Of a stretch of DNA of 14,066 bases, positions 1 through 7,268 are shown one piece after another. The first letter of the stretch is position 1. Every line of letters starts with the position of its first letter. The notes beneath the pieces are model-generated. The model was not told the DNA's origin and made no database searches. It saw nothing but the letters and a program-made list of their open reading frames with translations. The position numbers were made by a program, and so were the translations under genes. The stretch comes from Acidobacteriota bacterium (GTDB lineage: Bacteria; Acidobacteriota; UBA4820; DSQY01): assembly GCA_049967655.1 (NCBI GenBank), contig JBMFSH010000054.1, forward strand, positions 1 to 14,066, given 5' to 3'.

Positions 1-1
1 C

Positions 2-2866
2 GACTATCAAAGTGCTTCTTGGGTCAACTACACCAATACGAATGCAGCTCCCGTGGGCGACCCCGCCTATACGACCGCAGTTGCGCCCCAGGATCTGGTG
101 GGGCGCAGCGCCAGTCAGGTGAACTGGGGCCTCGTCGTCTTTTGCGGTACCTCCACCAAAGAACTGGTCCAGGTCAACCCCAACGACAACGCCCAGAGCG
201 GCAACGTGGCCACCATCGAGGACTACCTTCAGCCGGTCGCCAACGGCGGCCTCAACCCTTACAACGGAACGCCCACGAGCATGGGGCTCGACAAAGCGAA
301 AGCTTCACTCACCTCCACCTACCAGAACGACACGGCGGCCTCCTGTGGCCGCACCTACGCCACGCTCCTCATCACCGACGGGGAGAGCAACACCTGCAAC
401 CCCGGAGGAGGCGAGTGGAGCAATGCGTGCAGCGATAAGACTCTTTCTGACATCGCCAAATACCCGCCGGGGAGGACCGACGAGCTTTACCTGGGAGGCT
501 TACCCGATAAGAGCAGCGGTTGCCAGAGTTCAGCCACGAGTCCCACGCACGTGCGAACCTTCGTGGTAGGGGTCAGCAGCGATATCATCTCCATTCCTGC
601 CGCCGTCTGCGAGCTCAACATGGACGCCTATTTCGGCCGAACGGACGCCTCTGCTTCCGACGGGGGTATGAACATCCAAGCCGATAGCCGGCTTCCGCAA
701 AACACTTCTGGGACGACAAATCTCACCAACTACAACCCCAGTTCGGGCAACTACGCCTACTTCGCCAACACGGCCGGCGAATTCGCCCAGGCCGTTGCCT
801 CCATCATCGCCGCCGCCGGTGCCGGGGACTACAGCACGGGCGCGCCGGTCGTGAGCAACAACTTGGTCAATTCGGGAAGCTCCGCCTACGTCAGCAGCGT
901 CACCTACCCGGCCATGCAGGGCCACCTCTACAGCTACGACGAGCAGGTGCTCACCCAGCCGACGCTGCTCTGGGACGCAGGAAAGGTGCTGGAGAACCGG
1001 GACCTCAATCCATCCAGCACCACCTACTCCCCCAGGACCATCCTGACCTGGGACCCCGCCAACCCCACGGCGAAACCCATCAATCTCGGCTCATACACAG
1101 ATTGGAAGAATGTCCCCTCCTCCATTCAAACGCTCCTGGGAAATGACCCTAACGCCCTCTTTTTCCTTCAGGGTTACACGGGGGCCGTGAAGGGCAGCGG
1201 GAATGGAAGTTATGTGGCGAGCGGGGTGAAGCGGTCGTGGTTACTGGGTCCCGTCCTGAATTCCACGGCGGCCATCATCGGGGCGCCTCAGGTCTGGACC
1301 GGCAAGAGCGGCCTGCCGAGCCACGTCTCCTTCGAGCAGACCTACGCGGGCAACCACCCCATGATCCTGGTGGGCTCCTCCGACGGCATGCTCCACTTCT
1401 TTGATACGGCCGACGGCTACGAGGTCTTCGCCCTTCTGCCGCCCGATCAGCTCGCCAATCAGGAGAAGCTCTATCAGAACTATCACGCGGGAAACAGCAC
1501 CGCCACCGGTGAGCCGACGTCACCGACGCAGCAGATCTACGGTGTGGCCAGCTCTCCCCGCTTCGCGGACGTCTATCTGTCGGACGGGAACTACCATACC
1601 GTCCTGCTCCTCACCGAGGGCAAGGGGGGCCGCTCCCTCACGGCGGTGGATATCACCGCTCCCTACCCGGGGAGAACCAACGTCACCGTGCCTTACGTGA
1701 CCGTGGTGAGCGGCGTGCCATCGCTGCAAACGCAGACGGGCGTCAACTACCCCGCGGACGCCAATTACAGCTCGAACTATCCCGTCTCGATCCTCTGGTA
1801 TAAGGATGGAGCGCTCCCCTCCACCTCTCCTTCGAGTTACGCCACTTTGGGGCAGACCTGGAGCGTCCCGGCCCTGGGCTTCACCAACGGCAGCGGGACC
1901 AATCCCCTCTTCTCCTGCATCTTGGGCGGCGGTTTCCAGCCGACGACCTCTTACAGCGACCCGCAGGCCCTCCAGCTCAACGTCCAGAGCGGCAGCCAGA
2001 TCGGAATCAAGGATCTTGGGAACAGCAGCTCGGGCCTCGTCCACAACCAGGCCTACGGCGCCGGTGTCCTCTACGACGCGACGGCCTCTTACAACCGTCC
2101 CAACGACCTGCTCAACCTGGGCGTGGTGGCGGACACCGACGGTAACGTCTGGAGCGTGAGCGCCTCCAACGGCACGTGGGGAGCCACCTCTCTCTTTTCG
2201 GTCGGTGCCTGCAACCCGATCTACTACACGCCCGCCGTGGGCTACTACGCGGGGTACGACGTCTACGCCTACGCCTCCGGAAACTTCTACGAGATTTCGC
2301 CCCAAGTGACCGGGGGCGCAAACACGAGTTGCAGCTACAGTGGCTCTTCCGTCTTCCAGGCGACGGTCTACATGACTCTGGTTGATCCCACGGGCAGTAA
2401 ATCCGTGGCGACGAAATCCTTCTCGGTTAGCTCCATCATTACCCAAAGCGTCTCCATTCCGTCGGGGGTGACCTTGCATCCCCAGATCACTGCGGACCCC
2501 ATGCTCTTCATCCCCTCCAACGCGGCTCCCTCCTCGACCATGCCCGTGAAGGCCTATTTCACCTTTTACGATCCCAACAGCGCCCTGGGGTGCGGAGGCG
2601 CCTCGTACTTAGTCAAGGTGAGTTTGGATTTCACCAAGGTCACCGCGGCAGGGGGAACCACGACCTTCGGTTCCGGGGCCTTTAACAACGCGGCCAGCTA
2701 CCTCGGCACCGGCGCCTCCTCCGGCATCGCCTTCAGCGGCGGCAAGATCATCGTGGCCAAGAGCGCCATCGGCACGGGCTCGGCGGCGCCGCAGGCCACC
2801 AACGAAAGCGCCCCGACGACCATCAACCAGGCTCCCGGCATCAACGCCTGGCAGGAGCTCCAGTAG
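2..2866 (+). CDS. pilY1: Type IV pilus-associated adhesin, PilY1/PilC family, with N-terminal vWA-like domain; 5' end lies outside the window
   Basis: The frame is open from base 2 (DYQSASWVNY...), so the GTG at 53 is probably not the real start. vWA-like segments: VNWGLVVF, GTPTSMGLDKA, LLITDGESN, VRTFVVGV. PilY1 C-terminal hallmarks: LLGPVLNST, ILVGSSDGMLHFFDTADGYEVFALLP, YGVASSPRFADV, TVLLLTEGKGGRSLTAVDIT, LGQTWSVP, ADTDGNVW, terminal AWQEL. Confidence 0.88.
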   Translation, partial: DYQSASWVNYTNTNAAPVGDPAYTTAVAPQDLVGRSASQVNWGLVVFCGTSTKELVQVNPNDNAQSGNVATIEDYLQPVANGGLNPYNGTPTSMGLDKAKASLTSTYQNDTAASCGRTYATLLITDGESNTCNPGGGEWSNACSDKTLSDIAKYPPGRTDELYLGGLPDKSSGCQSSATSPTHVRTFVVGVSSDIISIPAAVCELNMDAYFGRTDASASDGGMNIQADSRLPQNTSGTTNLTNYNPSSGNYAYFANTAGEFAQAVASIIAAAGAGDYSTGAPVVSNNLVNSGSSAYVSSVTYPAMQGHLYSYDEQVLTQPTLLWDAGKVLENRDLNPSSTTYSPRTILTWDPANPTAKPINLGSYTDWKNVPSSIQTLLGNDPNALFFLQGYTGAVKGSGNGSYVASGVKRSWLLGPVLNSTAAIIGAPQVWTGKSGLPSHVSFEQTYAGNHPMILVGSSDGMLHFFDTADGYEVFALLPPDQLANQEKLYQNYHAGNSTATGEPTSPTQQIYGVASSPRFADVYLSDGNYHTVLLLTEGKGGRSLTAVDITAPYPGRTNVTVPYVTVVSGVPSLQTQTGVNYPADANYSSNYPVSILWYKDGALPSTSPSSYATLGQTWSVPALGFTNGSGTNPLFSCILGGGFQPTTSYSDPQALQLNVQSGSQIGIKDLGNSSSGLVHNQAYGAGVLYDATASYNRPNDLLNLGVVADTDGNVWSVSASNGTWGATSLFSVGACNPIYYTPAVGYYAGYDVYAYASGNFYEISPQVTGGANTSCSYSGSSVFQATVYMTLVDPTGSKSVATKSFSVSSIITQSVSIPSGVTLHPQITADPMLFIPSNAAPSSTMPVKAYFTFYDPNSALGCGGASYLVKVSLDFTKVTAAGGTTTFGSGAFNNAASYLGTGASSGIAFSGGKIIVAKSAIGTGSAAPQATNESAPTTINQAPGINAWQELQ

Positions 2867-2887
2867 GAGGCCTCTCCAGAGGCCGAT
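2863..2887 (+). repeat. GTAG-family REP-like palindrome, copy 1; its TAG is the pilY1 stop codon
   Basis: GTAGGA-GGCCTCT-CC-AGAGGCC-GAT: a GTAG tetranucleotide followed by a 7-bp inverted repeat. A near-identical copy lies at 2959-2983. Confidence 0.7.
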
Positions 2888-2899
2888 CAGGCGGTTTCG

Positions 2900-2927
2900 A
2901 AAGGGGCGGGCTTCGGCCCGCCCCTTT
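2900..2927. terminator. Probable bidirectional intrinsic terminator between convergent genes
   Basis: Perfect 12-bp inverted repeat AAAGGGGCGGGC-TTCG-GCCCGCCCCTTT with a C(UUCG)G loop. The A/T tails are short (3 nt) on both sides. It lies between convergent stops at 2866 and 3026. Confidence 0.75.
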
Positions 2928-2958
2928 GGCTGAATGACGCGCCCAAGAGGCCGACGCC

Positions 2959-2983
2959 GTAGGAGGCCTCTCCAGCGGCCCAT
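2959..2983 (+). repeat. GTAG-family REP-like palindrome, copy 2 (slightly degenerate)
   Basis: GTAGGAGGCCTCTCCAGCGGCCCAT is 23/25 identical to 2863-2887, in the same orientation and 96 bp downstream. Confidence 0.65.
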
Positions 2984-3025
2984 GCGTGGGTGGGGGAGGC
3001 GAGACACGAGGGGCAAAGAGGCGCG

Positions 3026-3658
3026 TCAGCCCTTCTTGAAGAGCCCCGGGACCATCTTCCGAAGCGATCCTCTCTTGAGGGGCTCCGCCTCGATGCCGCA
3101 GGCGGCGCAGAGGTAGCGGGGAGAGCCGCCCTCGATGAGGGGCTGGTTCTTCACGCAGTCCCGGCAGAGGTAGTTCTTGCAACGGGGGCAGCGCCAGTCG
3201 GGTTCGCGGTCCCGGTGCTCGGCGCAGTGCTCCTCGTCACCGTGGCGCTGGCGGTGGAGCTCCACCAGTTCGGCGAAGAAGCCCATGAGGGCCGGGTAGG
3301 CCCGGACGGGCTGCCAGTCGCCGCCCTCCACCCGGGCGTAGTCGCCCTCGAAGAGCGTCTCAGTAAGGATCATCTCGCGCAGTTCGGCCAGCGTGTGCGG
3401 GCCCGCCGTCGCGGCGCCATCGGCCCTCTGGGAGCGGACCTCCCACCGAAAGTCGGCCGCGGGTCCCGTGAGCTCGACCCCCGGGGCCGCCTTCGGCGGC
3501 GGCGGTAATCCGAGCAGCTGGGCCCGGCCGTCGGGGTGCACCACGAGCTGGGCGCCGCACGAGGTGCAACGTCCGCGGGCGCCCTGGGCGGGCAACGCCC
3601 CCTCGGGCAAGGTGAAGCTCTTTCCGCAGGAGGGACACCGAAAGGTCACGTCAGCCAT
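3026..3658 (-). CDS. Zinc-ribbon (MJ0042-type) + GYF_2/DUF4339-like + B-box-like zinc finger protein, 210 aa
   Basis: The ATG at 3658 gives MADVTFRCPSCGKSFTLPEGALPAQGARGRCTSCG (CxxC...LP..G...CxxC). The middle WEV...GPHTLAELREMI...WQPV matches a GYF_2-like pattern. The C-terminal CAEH...CPRCKNYLCRDC is B-box-like, followed by CAACG. No TM segment or signal peptide is seen. Confidence 0.8.
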   Translation of the reverse strand: MADVTFRCPSCGKSFTLPEGALPAQGARGRCTSCGAQLVVHPDGRAQLLGLPPPPKAAPGVELTGPAADFRWEVRSQRADGAATAGPHTLAELREMILTETLFEGDYARVEGGDWQPVRAYPALMGFFAELVELHRQRHGDEEHCAEHRDREPDWRCPRCKNYLCRDCVKNQPLIEGGSPRYLCAACGIEAEPLKRGSLRKMVPGLFKKG

Positions 3659-3678
3659 GGTCCGAATCCAAGGTTGAG

Positions 3679-3707
3679 AGTATGGACCTAGGAAGGCGGC
3701 GAGGGAA
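3679..3707 (-). promoter_or_regulatory. Possible sigma70-type promoter for the zinc-ribbon gene
   Basis: The minus strand reads TTCCCT-N17-CATACT about 20 nt upstream of the ATG. The -10 is plausible and the -35 is poor. Confidence 0.25.
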
Positions 3708-3830
3708 GCGTGGGGGAACGCGGACTGCGAAACGCGAGAAGGCACTCATCGGGGTTCGGGAGGCGCACCCCGCGTTTTCCATTCCGTTGGTGTGAGCGCA
3801 GAGGGCCGCACTTTTCCCCTCCAAAACCCT

Positions 3831-3857
3831 CCTCGGTGCCTCTGTGTCTCTGTGGTG
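3831..3857. repeat. Short tandem octamer array (YCTCKGTG x3) just after the MFS stop codon
   Basis: CCTCGGTG CCTCTGTG TCTCTGTG GTG; the minus strand reads CACCACAGAGACACAGAGGCACCGAGG. Confidence 0.6.
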
Positions 3858-3867
3858 AGGCCTTCTT

Positions 3868-5172
3868 TCACTTCTCGTTCCCGAGCTCGGCGGCCATGGC
3901 GCGCTCGTAGGGGGCGAAGGCCCTGCCGTAGAGGAGGGCGTAGGTGCCCTGGAGGAGGGCGGCGAGGTAGAAGGGGGTGGCGAGCCAGCCGGCCCCGATG
4001 AGGGCGCCGGCGATGGCCGGGCCCACCGCCTGGGGCACCTGCATGGAGAGGGCGTTCAGGCTGGAGGCCAAGCCGCGGCGCTCGTCGCGCACGGAGGAGA
4101 TGACGAGGGCCTGGCGGGCGCCCACGGTACCGCGGTTGAGCGCCGAGCGGAGCATGTAGAGGAGCGAAGCCAGGACGTAGAACGGGCTGAGCGGTAGGAG
4201 GAGCAGGAGCAGGACGCCGCCCGCGCGGCCCCAGACCACCGTGCGGACCAGCCCGATGCGTTCGGTGAGCTTGCCGGCGGCCACCGCCGCCACGGCCGTG
4301 AGGGCGAAGGCGGCGGCGAGAACGGGGCCGATCTCCGCCGGGCCCACGCCGAAGCGCTTGGCGAACCAGTAGGCCATGAGGGGGCCCGTGAGGCCCACGG
4401 CCATGCCGTTGAAGGCGTTGAGGCTGACGAGCCGCCAGAGGAAGGAGTTCTCCCGCCTCTGCTGCTTCCTGGGCGGGGGCTTGGGCCGTTCCTGCCCTCG
4501 GCTTTGGTGGACCTCGGGCGTTCCCACGAGGAGGACGACATTGATGGCGTTGCCCAAAAGGACCAGCCCGAAGAGGGGGCGGAAACTCCCCGAGCGGCCC
4601 AGGGAGGTCACGAGGAAGGCGGGGATGCCGGCGCAGAGGGCGCCGATGGACATGCCGACGAAGCCGATGGCCGTGTTCAGGCTGTAGACCATGCCGCGCC
4701 GCTGGGGGACGATGGCCTCCGCCAGCCAGGCCTGCTCGGCGGGCATGAAGGGGCCGGCGGAGCCGTTGGCGCCCTTCCCAAAGCCCGCGAGGATGATGAC
4801 CGCCGACAGCCAGAAGGCGCTGGTGGTGCCCATGGCGATGAGGGCGCAGCAGCAGCACATGGCCTCGTAGGCGAGGAGGAAGGGCTTACGGCGGAGGCGG
4901 TCGCTCGTGATGCCGATGGTCAGGTTCAGGGCGGCCCCCACCAGCCCCCCTCCGCTCAGCACCAAGCCGATGGATACGCCGTGCCAGCCGAGGGCGTGCA
5001 GGTAGAGGGCCAGATCCACCACGAGGGCGCCCTGGCTGATGCTCCGCCAGAAGCGCGCCGAGAGCAGGCGCCGCGTCGCCGGCGCCAGGCTCCGCCAGAA
5101 GGCCAGCGCCCGCGCCGGAGAGGAGGGGGCCGTCCCGGTCTCGCCCTCGCCGTCGTTCGGGTGACCGGTCAC
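3868..5172 (-). CDS. Major facilitator superfamily (MFS) transporter; start uncertain (GTG 5172 preferred, frame open to 5277)
   Basis: About 12 hydrophobic segments in two halves separated by a hydrophilic loop (EVHQSRGQERPKPPPRKQQRRE). Motif A-like GITSDRLRRKP and GKLTERIGLVR. RRG motifs occur in both halves. Confidence 0.9.
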   Translation of the reverse strand: MTGHPNDGEGETGTAPSSPARALAFWRSLAPATRRLLSARFWRSISQGALVVDLALYLHALGWHGVSIGLVLSGGGLVGAALNLTIGITSDRLRRKPFLLAYEAMCCCCALIAMGTTSAFWLSAVIILAGFGKGANGSAGPFMPAEQAWLAEAIVPQRRGMVYSLNTAIGFVGMSIGALCAGIPAFLVTSLGRSGSFRPLFGLVLLGNAINVVLLVGTPEVHQSRGQERPKPPPRKQQRRENSFLWRLVSLNAFNGMAVGLTGPLMAYWFAKRFGVGPAEIGPVLAAAFALTAVAAVAAGKLTERIGLVRTVVWGRAGGVLLLLLLPLSPFYVLASLLYMLRSALNRGTVGARQALVISSVRDERRGLASSLNALSMQVPQAVGPAIAGALIGAGWLATPFYLAALLQGTYALLYGRAFAPYERAMAAELGNEK

Positions 5173-5233
5173 GGCCGAGCCCCGCGCGGAAGGGCCTTCG
5201 GGCCCGCTGACGGAGATGCGATCCGGGCGTTCA

Positions 5234-5956
5234 TCATCGGGGCGGCGGGGTTCCGGAGGCGCTGGGCGGGGGCGCACCTCCGGTCTCCACGAAGCCCGAG
5301 TTGCCGGGCTTGGGGCCGATGGCTCCGCCGCCGAGAAGGGCCTGGCCGCCGTCCCGGCGGCGCCCCTCCCCGCGCCCAGGCGCGGGCCGGCGAGGGCTCT
5401 CTTGGGTTTGAGGCTGGTTTTTCTGGAGGAGCGATTCGAAGGAGCTCCCCGAGTCCAGCTCCCGCCGGATGGCCATGGGGCCGTCTCCCGTGAGCCGTTC
5501 CAGGGTCATGACCTGGGCGAGGAGCCGGAGGCGCTCCTCGGCCGCCGGGGCCTGCACCGCATCGGCCGCCGCCGGGAGAGGTTGGAGGCCGTACCGGGCG
5601 CCGCCCTGGAAGAGGAGCGCCGCGAGGGAGCCGCCCACCTTGCGGAGAAAGGCCGGCCAGCCTCCCGCCGCCCTCTCTTCGGCCTCCAGCTCCTGGAGAG
5701 GCCTCCCCGTCTCGTGGCGAAGCTCGGCCGCGAGGGCGAACTCGACCAGCGAGGGGTGGAACTCGGCGAAGAAGGCGCGGGCATCCGTCTCCGGCACGAA
5801 CCACGCCCGGCGGACCGCCTCGAAGGAGGGAGCGAGCGGCTGCTGCACCGGCGCCGGAGCGGAAGGAGGAGGGGCGGGCGGGCTCGCTTGTGGCCAGGCC
5901 GGAACCGCCACCAGGAGGATCAGTCCCAGGGCCCAGGCGGACGTTCGGAGCGTCAT
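5234..5956 (-). CDS. Exported/periplasmic hypothetical protein, 240 aa
   Basis: ATG at 5956 with AAGGAG 8 nt upstream. Signal-peptide-like start MTLRTSAWALGLILLVAVPAWP, then a Pro/Ala-rich linker, a helical-looking core and a Gly/Pro-rich tail. It begins 19 nt after the permease stop on the same strand. Confidence 0.72.
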   Translation of the reverse strand: MTLRTSAWALGLILLVAVPAWPQASPPAPPPSAPAPVQQPLAPSFEAVRRAWFVPETDARAFFAEFHPSLVEFALAAELRHETGRPLQELEAEERAAGGWPAFLRKVGGSLAALLFQGGARYGLQPLPAAADAVQAPAAEERLRLLAQVMTLERLTGDGPMAIRRELDSGSSFESLLQKNQPQTQESPRRPAPGRGEGRRRDGGQALLGGGAIGPKPGNSGFVETGGAPPPSASGTPPPR

Positions 5957-5975
5957 CGCGTGTTCTCCTTGCACT

Positions 5976-7199
5976 TCAGCCCGCCGCGTGAAGGGCGACG
6001 GCCGGTTCGAGGCGGGCGGCCTTCATGGCGGGGTAGAGGCCGAAGAGGACGCCCATGGCCACGGAAAGGCCGGCGGCGTAAAGGGTGGCCGTCCACGGCC
6101 ACACTTCGGGCCACTTCATGAGGTGGCAGGTGAGCAGGGTCCCTCCTATCCCGACGGCCACGCCGAAGAGGCCTCCCAGCAGCGCCAGGGAGCCGGCCTC
6201 CAGGATGAACTGGGTGAGGATGTCGCGCTTGCGCCCCCCGAGGGCCCGGCGCAGTCCGATCTCGCGCGTGCGCTCCCTTATGGAGATGAGCATCACGGCG
6301 AAGATCCCCACGCCGCCCGTGAAGAGGGAGACCGCCGCCACGCTGCCCGTGAGGAGGGTGAAGGCCTGGGTGGTCTGGGTCTGGGAGTCGAGGAGCTGGG
6401 ATTGGGTCTGGAAGGTGAAGTCGTCGTCCTGGGCTTGCTTCAGGTGGTGGTCCCTCCGGAGGATCGGCGTGATCTCCTGCGGCAGGTCGTTCATGGCCTG
6501 GAGCGAGACGGCCTCGATTTGGATGCTCTGGAGATAGGTCATGTGGAAGATGCTCACCATGGCCGTGGAGAGGGGCACGTAGATGATGTCGTCCAGGTCG
6601 TTTCCGCTGAGGTCCTGGCCTCGGGGAGAGGCCACGCCGATGACCCGCACGAGGACCTTGTTGATCTCCAGCACCTTGCCCACGGGGTCCGCGCCGCCGA
6701 AGACGTTGGTGACCACCGTGGGGCCCACCACGGCGACGCGCTGGAAGGCGCGCTCGTCCATGGTCGTGAAGAGGCGGCCGCTGGCGGCGCTCATGCTGCA
6801 AATGTCGAAGAAGGAGGGCTCCGCTCCGGCGAGGGTGGTCTGGGTGCGGACCCCCTGGTAGCGGGCCACCACGCCTCCCTGCACGTAGCCAGAAGCGCGC
6901 GCGATGTCGGGCAGTTGCCGCAAGAGGTCCTGCTCGTCTCGCGTCGTGAGCGTGGTGAAGGTGGCCACCTGGCGCTGGCGGCCGCCGAAGGAGCGGAAGC
7001 GGCCCGCCTGGACCACGAGGAGGTTGGTGCCCATGCTGCGGACCTTGGCGACCACGTCCTGCTCCGCCGCCTGCCCCGCGCCCACCATGAGCACGACGGC
7101 GGCCACGCCGATGGCGATGCCGGCGCTGGAGAGCACCGTCCGCATCTTGTGGCCCAACAGGACCTCCCACGAGACCTTCAGGGTGCGGGCTAGGTTCAT
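5976..7199 (-). CDS. ABC transporter permease, MacB/FtsX family (no fused NBD), 407 aa
   Basis: HKMRTVLSSAGIAIGVAAVVLM (TM1), a large periplasmic domain with GRLFT...VAVVG, then GGVGIFAVMLISIRERTREIGLRRALG...ILTQFILEA and GLYPAMKAARLEP. ATG at 7199 has GAGG 7 nt upstream. Confidence 0.93.
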   Translation of the reverse strand: MNLARTLKVSWEVLLGHKMRTVLSSAGIAIGVAAVVLMVGAGQAAEQDVVAKVRSMGTNLLVVQAGRFRSFGGRQRQVATFTTLTTRDEQDLLRQLPDIARASGYVQGGVVARYQGVRTQTTLAGAEPSFFDICSMSAASGRLFTTMDERAFQRVAVVGPTVVTNVFGGADPVGKVLEINKVLVRVIGVASPRGQDLSGNDLDDIIYVPLSTAMVSIFHMTYLQSIQIEAVSLQAMNDLPQEITPILRRDHHLKQAQDDDFTFQTQSQLLDSQTQTTQAFTLLTGSVAAVSLFTGGVGIFAVMLISIRERTREIGLRRALGGRKRDILTQFILEAGSLALLGGLFGVAVGIGGTLLTCHLMKWPEVWPWTATLYAAGLSVAMGVLFGLYPAMKAARLEPAVALHAAG

Positions 7200-7209
7200 G
7201 GGAGGACCT

Positions 7210-7240
7210 CGGTGGAGAGTGGAGAGTGGAGGGTGGAGGG
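7210..7240. repeat. Heptamer tandem array (GRGTGGA x4), downstream arm of an inverted-repeat pair
   Basis: CGGTGGA GAGTGGA GAGTGGA GGGTGGA GGG; its unit is the reverse complement of the unit at 7640-7681. Confidence 0.9.
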
Positions 7241-7241
7241 G

Positions 7242-7261
7242 AAAGAAAACCGGCACGCCGG
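7242..7261 (-). terminator. Small terminator-like hairpin after the four-helix-bundle gene
   Basis: The minus strand reads CCGG-CGTG-CCGG followed by TTTTCTTT, 7 nt after the stop at 7269. The stem is short. Confidence 0.35.
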
Positions 7262-7268
7262 GAGAAAT

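Noticed and set aside
1520..2479. 319-aa minus-strand ORF and other small ORFs within pilY1
   Set aside because: They are antisense or alternate-frame shadows of the PilY1 coding region.
2863..2983. Possible mini-CRISPR (two palindromic direct repeats)
   Set aside because: There are only two copies, the 71-nt spacer contains a terminator hairpin, and no cas genes are present. A REP fits better.
3746..4858. Arg/Pro/Gly-rich alternate-frame ORF over the MFS gene (likewise 5953-7170 over the permease)
   Set aside because: The composition is typical of off-frame translation of GC-rich genes, and the overlapping frames have clear family signatures.
5693..5706. 14-nt reverse-complement match to the REP-like core (GGAGGCCTCTCCAG)
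   Set aside because: It lies inside a CDS and lacks the GTAG head and the second palindrome arm; probably chance.
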